64,000 nt of DNA from Adineta vaga (lineage: Eukaryota; Animalia; Rotifera). Location: contig CP075497.1 of NCBI GenBank assembly GCA_021613535.1, forward strand, positions 4,464,001 to 4,528,000, written 5' to 3'. Below are positions 29,772 through 43,096 of the stretch, piece by piece (within the stretch, counting starts at the first letter, position 1; each line of letters begins with the position of its first letter). The position numbers were made by a program, and so were the translations under genes. The notes under the pieces were generated by a model. That model saw nothing but the letters and a program-made list of their open reading frames with translations, was not told the DNA's origin and did no database searches.

Positions 29772-31084
29772 ATGGCAAGCTATCTCAAACGACCCTACCC
29801 AAGGTAAATATAGATTAGATTACTACATATCGCTTTTGATATAAAGAAATCAGATTCGGTGGACAAATTTGTCGAAAAATGAATTCGAATTGAGTTCTTG
29901 TACATCATTTGGAATATGATATAACTTTATTTTTAAATAGATTCGATATCTACGCAATTCTTCGTTATTACAGTGGTTTTGGCCGATGCGATGATGATTT
30001 TGTTGATCGATTATCACGTCATTATTCTGTTCTTATTTTTTCCATTTTTGTATTGATTGTTTCGTCAGTTCAATTTGTTGGTAAACCAATTTCATGTTTT
30101 ACTCCTGCCTCATTCACTGATGCTCATATAATTTATGCTGACTTTGTTTGTTGGATATCAGATACATATTTTGTTTCTATTGATGCAGAAATACCGGAAA
30201 TTGATCATACAGAAACACGACAAGGTTCACACATTATACGTTTTTATCAATACGTACCATTTATATTAATGTTACAAACATTTGGATTTTTCTTTCCGGG
30301 ATATTGTTGGAGAAATGGTTCAACACGTTTTGGAATATCTCTACAAAAACATTTAGATCAACTTCGTATGAGTCGTCGATCATTTGCTGAATCACCAATA
30401 TATCGTCGACAATTAATACGAAATGTTGCTACTCGTCTCGATCAATATTTTCGTCGACATCCAAGAAAACAATTTGCTAAATTAACTGTATTCTATATTC
30501 TTATTAAATTCATTTATTTAATTAATATTCTTATTCAATTAATAAGTTTACATTGTTTAATGAATTTTAATTTTGATATTAAACAACTACTTGAACGTTT
30601 TCTTATCTACAGTGATACAATACGTCACGCATCAGTACAATTTCCCACCAATGTTCTATGTGATTTTATTGTTCGTTTTCTTGGAAAAAATAAACATCGA
30701 CATACAGTTCAATGTGTTCTACCAATCAATGTTTTTAATGAGAAAATTTTCATTTTTTCTTATTTATGGTTAATATTATTATTTATCTGCACGGTATATA
30801 ATCTGTTTGTACAATGGATTTTGTTTCTCGTATTTTCTCGAAATATTATTGACACACGTCGTCGTGTACGTCGGAAATTATCGAAATTTTCTATGGATGA
30901 GCATCAAAATGATGAAAATGTGGAAATTTATGAATATCAGTATGTTACAAAGCCTTTTAGTGAACGTTATTTACAATGTGATGGAATTGTTATTCTACGT
31001 TTAATTAATATGAATACAGATCTAGTGACAATGAATGATTTAATGGATGATCTATGGGAATTATATAAAATTGATCCGTTGTGA
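29772..31084 (+). CDS. Innexin 3, 2 exons (short exon MASYLKRPYP plus one large exon)
   Basis: DDDFVDRLSRHY..VGKPISCFTP..VCW, FYQYVPF, FPTNVLCDF..QCVLPINVFNEKIF. A phase-consistent intron at 29804-29940 joins ATG 29772 to the long ORF. Confidence 0.93.
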
Positions 31085-31584
31085 ATCGATTATTCGTATT
31101 TATACACTTTCTTTTTTTGTCATTCATTAATGATGGAAAAAATAAAAATTTGTACACGATTTCATTCTGTAAAAGAAAGATTCTTGTAGATAGTATTTAA
31201 TCGATTGTTTGTCAACACAACATCGTATATTTTATATAAATCTTCCTTAATTTTTTCTTTGAAAGACAACAAACCGTGCATTATTTTCTTCATATCGATT
31301 TTCAATAAGCTACAAAAATTGCATCATCAACAATGTTTCGACTACTTCAATCATAAAATGTGTGACAAGAAAAAAAAAGAACAATGTTAATTTGTAAGAA
31401 ACGAATAAAGAAGAGCAAGAAGAAGAAGAAGAAGAAAATGTGATAAACTGAACTTATATTTGTACAAAAGGTACACGCACACACTGACATCAACATTTGT
31501 CTATTCGTGTTTTTTGTGTTGGTTTAGCACAGAAGAAAAAAGACAAGAAAATTCAGTGTTGTTGTTTTCCCGAAAAAGAAAATC

Positions 31585-34332
31585 TCACCATGATAAAAGA
31601 CAAAAGAAAAGAAAGAAAATGAGCAAATAACATGAAAGAAAAAAACAGAGATAAACACCAAGTAATTGATCATGTTCACTCTGTTTAGATACAATAGATT
31701 TTGATAATTGTTCAAGTTCTACTTGTTGCTGTTCAATTAATTGATTGTTATCATTCGTTTGTTTCGTAGAACGTTGTTTTAATTCAACAAGTTCATTACG
31801 TACTGAATCATATTCAGATGTTAAAGAACGATAACGTTCTTCTTCACTTTGATGTGCTTCTTCTATTGAAGCTAATCGGTCTACAAAAGAAAGGAAAACA
31901 AACATGATTTTCTTTACATTTTTGTTTAATTTTTCACCTTTGGTTTCAGTTAGATGTTCACGAAGTGAATCGATTTGTTTTTGTGCTTCAATGATTTCTA
32001 AATTATCTAGAATAAGTATGAACTTAGTCTTTATTCGATTATTTATAGAAATAGATTGTTTTACCTTCATGATTTGTCTCCAGCACTGGAGATACTTCAC
32101 TGACAAGAAGAAGGAGGAGGAGCTGTAAATGGTTTTTCATCTATACTAGTATCACTTTTCACATTTGTTTGATCTAAAATAAGGAATAAAAATTCATTTC
32201 ATTATGTTCTGATTTCTAAGAACACTCACTATTGTCTTCTTCTTCTTCTTCTTCATCTTTGTGATTATGGTTTGTAATTGCATCGATGTGAGAAGTTGGA
32301 ATAATTGTTTGACGTTGATAATTATCTTCATTTTGCTCAGGTGAGCTTGAAGATCGATCATCTTGTTCTCTTTCCTCATTATTAATGTCATCGATGTTAT
32401 TCGAATGTTCATTATTCAGAATTGGGTCTACAAAACGAATCACAATTGTCACATTAAATTTCAAATCAAAAGAAAAGAAAATTCTCTAAACCTTTTGAGG
32501 TTGATTTCACTTGAAATCGACCATGTGTTTCAATAGTATTCACACCATTCTAAAATCAAATGAATCATGTAAATAGAGAAGATCTCAAATGTATTATTAT
32601 ACCTGATTGATTTCCTCTGAATGGTTGTTAATTATAGATTTCTGCTGCTGCTGCTGTTGTTGTTGTTGTAACTCTTCTAGTTCATGCATTCGTTGATAAT
32701 AATTTTCAAACTCTGTTTGTATCCGTTGTCGTTCTTCTTCTAAATCAGTGCATCGAGTTTGAGAGTCCTGAAAAGGTAAAATTCATGATTGTTTTAGAAC
32801 ATAAATAGTTGAATCTGTACTCTAAGTTTAAGCTCGAATTCAGCGAGTCGAGAACGTTGTTCGTCAAGAGATTCGATAAGTTGTTGAATTTCTTGTGCAT
32901 GCTGTTCATTTTGTTCTTCATATCGTTTTAGTTCACTTTGAGCCATTTGTAATGAGCATTCTAAAGATTTACTACGACTTATTGCATCTGCTCGTTCAAG
33001 TACTGCTTTCTCTAGTTTTTCCTATGCAAACAAAATCACACATGAAAAAAAGGAATAATTCTTTGCAAATATTCTTACTTTTGATTCTTTTTCAAATCTA
33101 TTATGGGATTGTTTTAATTGAACTATTTCTTGTATAGGAATATCTTCATTCGGATGCTTAAATTAAAAAAACAAAACAAATATAATGATTAAACAGAAGA
33201 GAAACAGATTTTTTACCTTAGTATGATATACACGAATTTGATCTTCCAGTGTGTTGATACGTGCCAGTAAACGATCTTCATCAATAATGGCTTGCCATCC
33301 TTCGTTCGATGCTTGTTGCGTATCACGTATAACACCATGTAAATATTCTAATTTTTGTTCGAGCATTTGCTCGCGATGCATAGCTTCCTTCAAATCAAAG
33401 AATCGAATATTCGATAGAGTATGAAAAAAAATATAGAGTTGATCATTTACTTGAAGATATTGAGCTAATTGGTACAAAGTTTGTGTGTTGATATCAAGTT
33501 CTTTTGCTTGACCTAAAGGACGGTCAACAGGACTTGATAAAAAAGAAACAAAGAAAAAAAGAACGTTTCAATGATGTATTGAAAACATTTTAATCAATTA
33601 CTTTCGAGGTAGAGCTTCATTTCCATCACTATGATAAAGTTTAACTTCAATGATAATACAATTATGAGTAGCTAGAAAACGAAAATATTTGATTAGATCA
33701 AATATAACTATGAAAATTGGATTTCTTTACTTTTACGGTTATTCTCAGTAACATCAACACCAAATTGAACAATATCACCAGAAAAAATTTCAAATGGCAA
33801 ACTTTCTTCATTACATTTGCCCAATCGTTGATTATTAACAAAAGTACCATTCGAACTTTTTGTATCTTGTAACAAAAACTAAACAAAGTGTAAATCAATA
33901 CATCACAATTTCATGATTGAGTTGTAAACATACCTTTCCGTTTTCATACCAAAGTTTAGCATGTTGACGTGAGAGAACTTTACAATCAAAGATAGCATTA
34001 TTTGGAAGAGCTTTCAAACGTGCTACAGCTCGACCAACTTTAACTGGTTCATTTAATGGAATGCAACGTTCTTGGAACGAATGAGAATTAGGTCGACAAT
34101 GAAATACACAACAGGGAAAGGACATCTGATTTGATGATAACATGCCAAGTGATTGATGGGATGATGAAGGAGATAGACTTCCATTTGTATTTGATGATGA
34201 ATTTAATGATGATGGGGAAGAACCATCTTCCATCAATGTTAAAACTAAATCACTCGGATAAATAGAACCATTGGTATTTTCAAAAAGAAAACACGATGTA
34301 GGTGAATTTGAAGACGAATGATTATCCATCAT
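31585..34332 (-). CDS. SLMAP: Sarcolemmal membrane-associated protein (FHA, coiled coil, C-terminal tail anchor)
   Basis: [47 protein letters not shown]; [26 protein letters not shown]; hydrophobic C-terminus [24 protein letters not shown]. Confidence 0.93.
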
Positions 34333-34642
34333 CTAATAAGAAAAAAAAACAAATCGATATATATGTATATATATCTCACAGATTTATTTCCGAAGAAAAT
34401 TTACTGTAAATGTTTTACATTATCTGATTAATGACCATTTGACAGAAGTAATAAGAGATAATAGATAAGGACGAATAGAAAAGAGTATTAAAAATTTCAT
34501 TGAAGATTTTCTCTTTTGATATAATTGAAAAAAAATATCATCTAAAAAACATGTTAACTTATTTTCGTATAAAAACAAAAACAATAAACAAATTGAATTA
34601 TATAAGTAGACAGAAAAGGACGCTATTAATCAGAAACAAGAA

Positions 34643-37261
34643 CTAAAAAAGTGGCCGATTATTTGACATTGACATCGACGATGATGATGATGAAACAGTC
34701 GATGAGGGAAGACATTTTTTCGGAAATCGAAGCTGAACTGTTGGACAATATCGAGCGCGTTCATGTACAACAGGTGCTTTGATCCATTTTTGAGTATCCA
34801 AATCAAAAAAATATCCTTCTTGCATAACCATAAACGAATTTGATGTATGAAAGACTGATATATAGATTCGACGATTCACAGACCAAGTGATTGTGGCCAT
34901 GTTTTTGATATAGCACCAGGTATAGATGTTATGATTGTCCATTGATCACATTGAATATTATAGCTTTCAATTGATAACATACCATTACCATCATCATCGA
35001 AACCACCGACAGCTAGAAGAAAAGAATAGAGATTTTTTTTTCCATTTACAATAAAGATGATTCTTACCATATATTTTGTCATCGAATAGATGAAATGCAT
35101 GAGTAGTACGAGCATTAAGCATTGGTGCACGTCGTTCTACTTGACGTTTATCAATTGAAAAACAATAAAAGTCAGCTATTTTTGACCTAGAAATGAATAA
35201 ATTAGTATTCATTGATTCAATAGATTCTATAAATAGAATCTAATTGCTTTCTAAATTCTGATGATCTTATAGATTCTCTTTCAGACATTAATGAATATTT
35301 AACAAAATCAATTCTTTTCTTCTTGTCATATTAATTTTACAAGACATTATAACGTCATTCTTTGTATTCTCATCATCTATCGATATAAATAGAATCTACA
35401 TTTAACATACCATTGTCCATTTTTTCCACCACCTAAATAAATGCAACTTTCATATGGACATGCTGCTAGTGATGAAAGTTGTGGACTATCGGTTGAAAAT
35501 GGTTCCCAAAGATCATTCTCAATAGAATATCGTTCAATTGTATTCACATAGATACGTGTTGTTCGTTTAAAACCTTCAAATCCACCCATACTATAATCAA
35601 AATTACTTTTTAAGATATATTTCTTGGAAAATTTTCTACGTTACATATAGATATATTTATTGACATGAGCAGCAGCAAAACGTGATCGATCATGTAATAA
35701 ATTTTGTAATTTCGTCCATTCACATGTACGTGCTGAGAAGCGATAACATGATTTATATTCTTCCGATGATGATCGTCGTGTTCCAAGTACATATAAATAA
35801 TTATTTACAGTGATTGCACTAAATGGATACTAAAATAAAAATAGAAATCAATTGAATAAAACTGTGATTTGAATTGATAATAGATATTAGAGACTCAATC
35901 ATATAGAATTCTATTTGTAATGATTACTGAATTCTCATGAGATTAAAATAGTTTTTCACTAGATGAATTTGTGGGTAATCACAAACAAACATATACATGG
36001 ATTCTATACGATTAGATGATTGTTTTTCTAATCTATCATTTCATATAAAGGTTATGGGAAATGTCAAATCCCAGACAGATTTGTTGTCATAGAATAAAAG
36101 TAGAGCAAGATGCTTTTTATTTTGAGTAATCATTCTTACCGGATAGTTTTCTTCCAGTGGTGCTTGACAAAGTGTATCCCAATTATTTGACACTGAATTT
36201 AATGTAAATAGTTCTACTTCACCAACTGCAACTAATACTGATTCATTTCTTATTCGACATTGAATATCATTCATTAAAGACTGTCGTTTAGGTAAAGCAT
36301 AATAACATAAAGCATCTTCAACAAGTCTTCTCGATTCTTCATTTAATTTAATTAATTCATGTTGTCGAACATGATCACATAATTCTTCTGGTGTCATTAA
36401 CATAAATCGTATTAATTGAAATAATTTGACAGTATACTGTTCTCTTTCAAGACGTTTAGCTTCTATCCATGCACATATCATTGTAAATAGATCATATTCA
36501 CTGTATGTTTGCATTTCAATTGTATCATGTGATAATTCTTCACATAGTTGTTCGTAAGGTAATTGTTCGAATTGTTCACGTGCTTGAAACATTAATGAAA
36601 GGAAATTTTTCGATATAAATAATCTGACTTGTTGTAAAACATCTGTTAAAGAATATAAATCAGCAATTTTATATATATCAATACAATTATTGATTGAACG
36701 TGAATCAATGAGAAATTTCGAACATTGATCAATAGCATTTTGAATTTGTAAATGTGTTGCAGCATGTAATAATTCATCAATATTATCAAATGTTATATGA
36801 AGTAAACCGGAATAACAAAAATCAATCATTGATTCAACACCGATGGATGATTTTTCAAAACCTTTTAATTCAACATGATCAGAATGACTTTCACTCATAT
36901 CACCTTTAAGAAAAAAGACAAGAAAATATCGTTTACATAGATAACAAGAACTGAAACATACCATTGAACATTGCTTTAAAATAATCTGATGTTGCTACTA
37001 ACAAAAATTTATGACATCGAAATTGTTTATCATTAACATCAATACGAAAATCACATGATTCAATATTATCACGCATGGAAGAAAGTTTAGCAAGTAAATT
37101 TCGAGCATAATTGGATGTAGTCGTTAGACTTGTTCGTACTGATGCGGCATTTTCAAATAAAAGTAAATCATTATCGAATGTCTACAACAAATATTTGAAT
37201 AGAAAGAAAGAGAAATTCAATTAATTCTTACGCAATTTTCTTTCGAATTCAGTTGATTCAT
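34643..37261 (-). CDS. BTB-BACK-Kelch (Kelch-like) protein
   Basis: BTB CHKFLLVATSDYFKAMFNGDMSES; BACK NCIDIYKIADLYSL..IRFMLMTPEEL; Kelch repeats with GG..Y..W (MGGFEG..IERYSIENDLW, VGGFDD..IESYNIQCDQW). The start codon is uncertain. Confidence 0.9.
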
Positions 37262-37519
37262 TGATATTCTAAAACAAAAATTCATATGACATTCTCATTG
37301 ATTCTAAACTAATTGTCTGTCATCAATTCCCTTCGGAATCTTTCTTTGTATTCTAATCGAAAATAGACATTCATGTGTAATACTTACTTATATTAATTGA
37401 TCGAGCATAGTATCGATCAATTGAAATAGAGAATAAAATATATAATTTTATCTGAAATAAACAATAACAGAAGGAAATTTTTATTTATATATCAAAATAC
37501 AAAATACAACAAGAAGAAA

Positions 37520-37873
37520 TCATTCGGCACTTTGCCGATTTGCAATCGCTGATTTCACGCGATCTTCTAACATATCCATTTCAAAGATTAAATCTTTAAT
37601 TGCATTTTCCATTGCATGAACTGCCGAATAATCATGTGAAGCTGTTTGAACACGTAGAATAACTTTGTTTTCCAATGGATGAGGAATTTTATAACCTGCA
37701 AAAATTACTTGAGGATCTTTTAATAATTGTGCACGAAGCATATTGGCTAATGTATGATCTTCTTTACTAATTGTAAAAACAACAGCATTGGGTACTTTAG
37801 TATCTTTTTCGACAATGATTTTTCTTTCTCCATCTAATAATAAAAATGATTCGAAGGTTGCTGGTGCATTCAT
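37520..37873 (-). CDS. POLR2J: RNA polymerase II subunit RPB11, single coding exon
   Basis: [64 protein letters not shown]. Confidence 0.97.
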   Translation of the reverse strand: MNAPATFESFLLLDGERKIIVEKDTKVPNAVVFTISKEDHTLANMLRAQLLKDPQVIFAGYKIPHPLENKVILRVQTASHDYSAVHAMENAIKDLIFEMDMLEDRVKSAIANRQSAE

Positions 37874-38066
37874 CTGAAAAAGAACGATCAAAACTAACTC
37901 TTTAAATACATCAATAGAATTTTCTTCATTTTCTGTTTTGACGAACACCAGGATTAGGAAGGAAAAATCTACTCGATATACAAGAGAGAGAATAGATAAA
38001 TATATAGAAATAGAGAGAGAGAGAAAACGAACGCCAGATTAAGATAATAGAAATATACACAAAAAT

Positions 38067-38757
38067 CTACAAATCTTTTTTCATTGTTCCATCCATTGTT
38101 TTCATATATTCCGAAAGAAGAATAATCGGTGGAATGAATTCCATACGACGATTTTCAACTTGAGTATATCGTTCGCCATCACGTGTAAAACCTTTTTCAA
38201 CGAAACAAAAGATACATTTCGATTAAATCAATATTAATTTATACTTTTTGAAATCAAATTTAAATATTGACAAACAGCATGAAGCAACATTCGATCGAAA
38301 CCATTATTTAAATCACGAAGATAAACGGAATCAGGATTTTCTTTAAAAAATGGTATTACATCATCTTCAAACCAACTTATACGTTCCTAAAAGCAAATTT
38401 AGTTTATATTTAAAACAGAAAAAAAACTTTCTTATATATTTACGAAAGGTAAATGATGTCGTTTCAGCATATTCTTCAATGTATAGCGAATATTCGGATC
38501 AATACGTCGATAACAAGCATTTGCTTCTTCTAAAAAAAAATAGTATTTTCTCTAATTATAAAAATGAAAATCATTTTACGAATAAAAGTAATACCTTGTC
38601 GATGTGTAAAAGTCTCTGATTCCTTATCATCAGTTGTTAAACGATTCTCAATAAGTACAAATGTTTCCAAAGTATCATCACTACTACAACTATTTGATGT
38701 TGTATTATGACTTGATCTTGCATTCTTTTTCTTTTTTTTCTTTTTATCAGTTGCCAT
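38067..38757 (-). CDS. R3HDM4: R3H domain-containing protein 4-like, 4 exons
   Basis: FDRMLLHAVCQYLNLISKS..VENRRMEFIPPIILLSEY matches the R3HDM4 C-terminus. Confidence 0.85.
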
Positions 38758-39141
38758 TTTAACAATATGTTCTTGTTGTTTTTCCGGTAATTCAACAAAT
38801 TCATTCCAAATCTAATTAATAGATAAAGAAAAAGGGTAAATTTCAACAACAAAAAAGTACAACAACATTTGATTTTGATTAAATAAGTGAAGTTTTTTTT
38901 TTCTTCTAACCAGTGAACTTTCTAATTCGATTAACTACAAATAAAGTTTATTCTACTTACACTAAATGATGAATGAAAAAGTTTATCAATCCTTTTTATT
39001 TTCGAAAACAATCAAACAGCATAATTCGCATGGACTTATGTTTATACATCTTTATCAATGATTTCCAGAGGCGAATGCTCATTTCAAAAATGAGCTACTG
39101 TGTGTTTTTATGAAAAGTTTATCAAACAATAAAACCCTTGA

Positions 39142-39791
39142 TTAGAGAGAACCTCTAGATAAGGAACAAGTAAACTGCAAAGTGTAGAAAAATGATAAAC
39201 ATACAGCTAAAAGATTATCAAATAAGAAAACTTACTTTCATTTTATTTTTACTTAATAATAATTGTGCAAATGCAGATATTGTCGTTTCAACAAGATCAC
39301 TGATATTAACTTCAGCAAAATCTTCATCTAAATCTCGAGCAAGATTGAGTAAGAAACACACTAAAATGATAAATAAAGAAAAGTGATGAGATATTCGAGA
39401 ACATCACAATTTCAACTGACTGTTTTCATGTCGTCGAGATTGTCGATTGCCTTGGGATTGTTTACTGCCAATACTTTTAACTTGTAAAATTGGTTTAGGC
39501 ATTTTCGAAAGGGGTTTTTTGACCTTGAGTGTTCGATTTGTCGTCAGAGGAATAGTTGTATTTGTTGGTGGAATTGGTACGATTACATTTTCTTGTGCTT
39601 CTTCATCTTCACTTGATGATGATGAATCGCTAGAAAGTTATGTATTACAAAAGAATGTTTAATTCGTATGAACTAAGAATATATATCGTTTACTCGAAAT
39701 TATTAGTATGTAATAATGGATCAATTTGTGTAACTGGATTGATATGGTCATTATCAAGCGCATCGCCTTCGAAATTTTTCAAGATACCCAT
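39142..39791 (-). CDS. Hypothetical small protein, about 4 exons
   Basis: Exons MGILKNFEGDALDNDHINP.. / DSSSSSEDEEAQENVIVPIPP.. / FLLNLARDLDEDFAEVNISDLVETTISAFAQLL with GT-AG boundaries. The 3' end is uncertain. Confidence 0.5.
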
Positions 39792-40460
39792 TTTATGAAT
39801 ACGAAATAGTTCGTTTTATTTTTCTAGAAGAAATGTATGACGAGAAGAGAAAGAAATAGATTATTTATTTGAAAATAAAGAAAAAATTACGCAAGATAAA
39901 TATGAAAACATTGTCTGATAGTTTCCAATCGATAGAGGCTGGAGGGAAAATGATCTATTCAATATATTTTTCATGATTTATAAGTCAATCAGTGACTAAT
40001 TTATGACAAGAGACATCAGCAGATAAACAAACACAAACAAACAACTGACGACAAGACGACTTCTATGTTAAGTATGGAACCATTGAAAGAACGTCATCTA
40101 TCAATAAACGAATATTTTTGTCGCTAGTTGACGGTCATAATTGATCCTATAATATAAAATGCATTAATTCTAATTGACAATTTCGACCTTTGATTTTATG
40201 TTTGAATTACGAAAAGAAATTTCATAAGAATATACAAATTAAGATTAATATTGCTCAATTTCAAAAGGTAATTATGTAACAATGAAACAAAGTGAAAAAG
40301 CATTTCCTTTTCGAAAAATAGTTTATCACATATGTGAAACCTTTTTAGAACATTTCTTTCTCAAAATTAGTTTGATTTATTTTCAATAAAATATCTTGGC
40401 TGAAAATAAATATGTATATTTAAATAAAATGACATTTCCAATTGTTTTGAATGAGTGTTT

Positions 40461-41497
40461 TTAATATCCATAATACCATAAATCTCGTGTAGATGGAGAG
40501 TTATAATGTGGATGAGTTCTTGTCATATGTGGAAAAGCATTTCGCGTACTTAAATGACGATACATTGGTATACCAAATTGACCATTCAATGGATATTGAA
40601 AATTAGTTATCGGTGGTTGTGAATGATGAGCAGACATAGCTCGGCGATGTCGATGGTGTGATGAATCGGGATATGCTGAAAATATAAATAAATATAGAAA
40701 GCTAGTACAGTTAAAAATAACTTACGAACAATTGATTTTCCTCGCTTAGCATGAGGTAGCATCGGCATATGATATGCTTGTTGACCTGCGAGATAAATCA
40801 TTTCATTACAACTACTATATCGAAAAGGTATTTGTTTATTTTCTGAATCTTTTTGAACGGCAGCACCAACATGTCTCAAAACAGTTTCGATGTCAGTATT
40901 TGGAGTTCGAAGATAACGAAGTAGATGATAAGTATATAAACTATTTCGGCCATTTCTTGATCGAGGTGAAGCAGTATCATCTGCTGCACAAGCATAAACA
41001 ATGATAGTCGATGGTGGAGCTTGCATAGGTGCAAAACCAGCTTGAGTTCCAGCTAATGCTGCTTTATGAAAACTCATTGCATCTAATGGTTCATTTGGTG
41101 GATCAGTTCGGCAACAATCAAGTACGCATATGATAAGTCGTGGTTTTCTCTCATGCATATCATTGACTAATTTTTGAGCATCAATGGCAGTTGATCTTAT
41201 GTTATCTGCACAGATACCAACCGCATCCCGTGCAATTAAATAATTATTACCATCGGATTGAACACCATGACCGGAGAAGTAAAAGAGAACAACAGCACCG
41301 GGTCGAATAGATCTTATAAATTTTTGAGTAGATAATTTCATTGATTTTAAATCGAGATCTGCTTCGTATTGTGTATGAAATCCAATTGATTGTAAAGCAT
41401 GATGCATATCAGCTGCATCGTTAATGCATGGACGTAATCTCAGATGACTTGGTGAATAGGCATTAATACCGATAGAGAGAGCTTGTTTAATACTCAT
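40461..41497 (-). CDS. Peptidase C14 caspase-like protein of bacterial (paracaspase/orthocaspase-like) type, one 50-nt intron at 40676-40725
   Basis: ALSIGINAY..L..CINDA..M..ALQSIGF; catalytic His in LFYFSGHGVQ.DG.NYLI; catalytic Cys in VLDCCR; RNSLYTYHLL; QIPF. His/Pro-rich tail in exon 2. Confidence 0.9.
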
Positions 41498-43096
41498 AGT
41501 TAAAATTGAGATGAAGTTAAGTGTCGGTTGTGTCAAAGCTTTCCTAGTGAAATAATGACTAGCAATAAAATTGAATGTAGAAAAGAAGTTACTTACCAAC
41601 TTTATAAGGATGAAAATATTTAACTGAAATTCGTATATCTATCGATAGAATAAAGAAATTATCAGCATAAATTTAAGAAATAATTACGAATAACTTTTTT
41701 TGAAATTGATTGTTTTTAATGTCAAAGTTTCGCTTATTTTACGGAGAAATTTAGACTACCAAAGATTTTTATTCTAATATACTTTTCATGACATAGAAAT
41801 ACAAATAAATAAGAAATAATATATTACTTTTCAAATCGAATACTAATTTAATACTTCATTCGATATGATCAATCGAGCGAAGAAATGTGACAGGCATGTT
41901 TTTTCCCACAGAAGTATATTCTCATTAAGCAGAACGGAAGAATCATTATCGATGACTGGTTTTTTTTTGAAGGAACTATCGTTAGTATTTAGAAAACATC
42001 ATTAGGCGATCAATTATTTTCCAAACAACTAATTCATTGCAGAAACAGTATCATTTTGTTGGAATAATCTCACTTGTTCGACGAAAAAATATAGAAATCA
42101 TCACCTATTCATATCAAAGGAACGAATGACAGTATAAAGCACTCAATAAACAAAATAGGAAAGTGAAATGATCAGTTTATTTTCTTCATACGCATTTTTG
42201 TTACTAATTTATTATTCATTTAGACCGAGGAAGAGAGTAGTCTGATTGATTGATTCTTGATCAGTAAACAAATGACATGTTTGTTTTCGCGTTTCACGCT
42301 CGTCGATACTTTTGATATGAAAGTCATAGGAGAGAATGACAAGCCCACACAAAAACAACTGCTTTTAATCGTTGCAACTGTCACGGAAGTGACCCATTCC
42401 TATTGTCTTTGAATACTTACATCTAAATGAATGAGATGAATAATTAAATATGTTGATGGAAAGTAAACCTTCGAAAAGTAGCCATTGATAATCATTGTAA
42501 ATCGTTCTCTGTCAAACGCTATTTGATAAGTGAGAAAAATAAACATGTGATCAAAAAATCATGATATACATAAAAATGCACTGAAATGGTACATATAGGT
42601 TATCAGATGTTTTTCTCAATCAGTCCTAATCTTTTTTCCAAATTTAGTTCTCTTGGTATATTCAATTGAAATATGTATTGAATACTATTTTTTTTTCATT
42701 GACTTGAGTATCACAGAGTCAACATAATGTCACGTATGTATGAATTTGGATGTAAGCAAAAGAGCGACACATACTCAAAAAGATATTGATTCTTGATGAA
42801 TCTCACTGTTATTTAAACTGATAATTTATGCAAAATTGAACATCAATGTTTGTTATTTTCATATTTTATATTAAAATACAGCTAACGAGAAAAAGCGAAG
42901 TGAGTGATGTGATTTAGAAATGAATGAATGAATTAATGAATAAATAGAGAGTGACACGTTTCTGGTTGGCTCGTTACTCCTCGAATACCTGCAGTCGATC
43001 AATAAAATCGGAGTAAAAAAAAATAACAACCGACACGTCAGTTGGACTTGAATTCTTCATAAAATCGATTAATTTAATTCAGTTTAGTCAATCATC

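Noticed and set aside
35215-35400. TAGATTCTAT/ATAGAATCTA palindromic motifs in a Kelch gene intron
   Set aside because: AT-rich and short; chance or an old repeat remnant.
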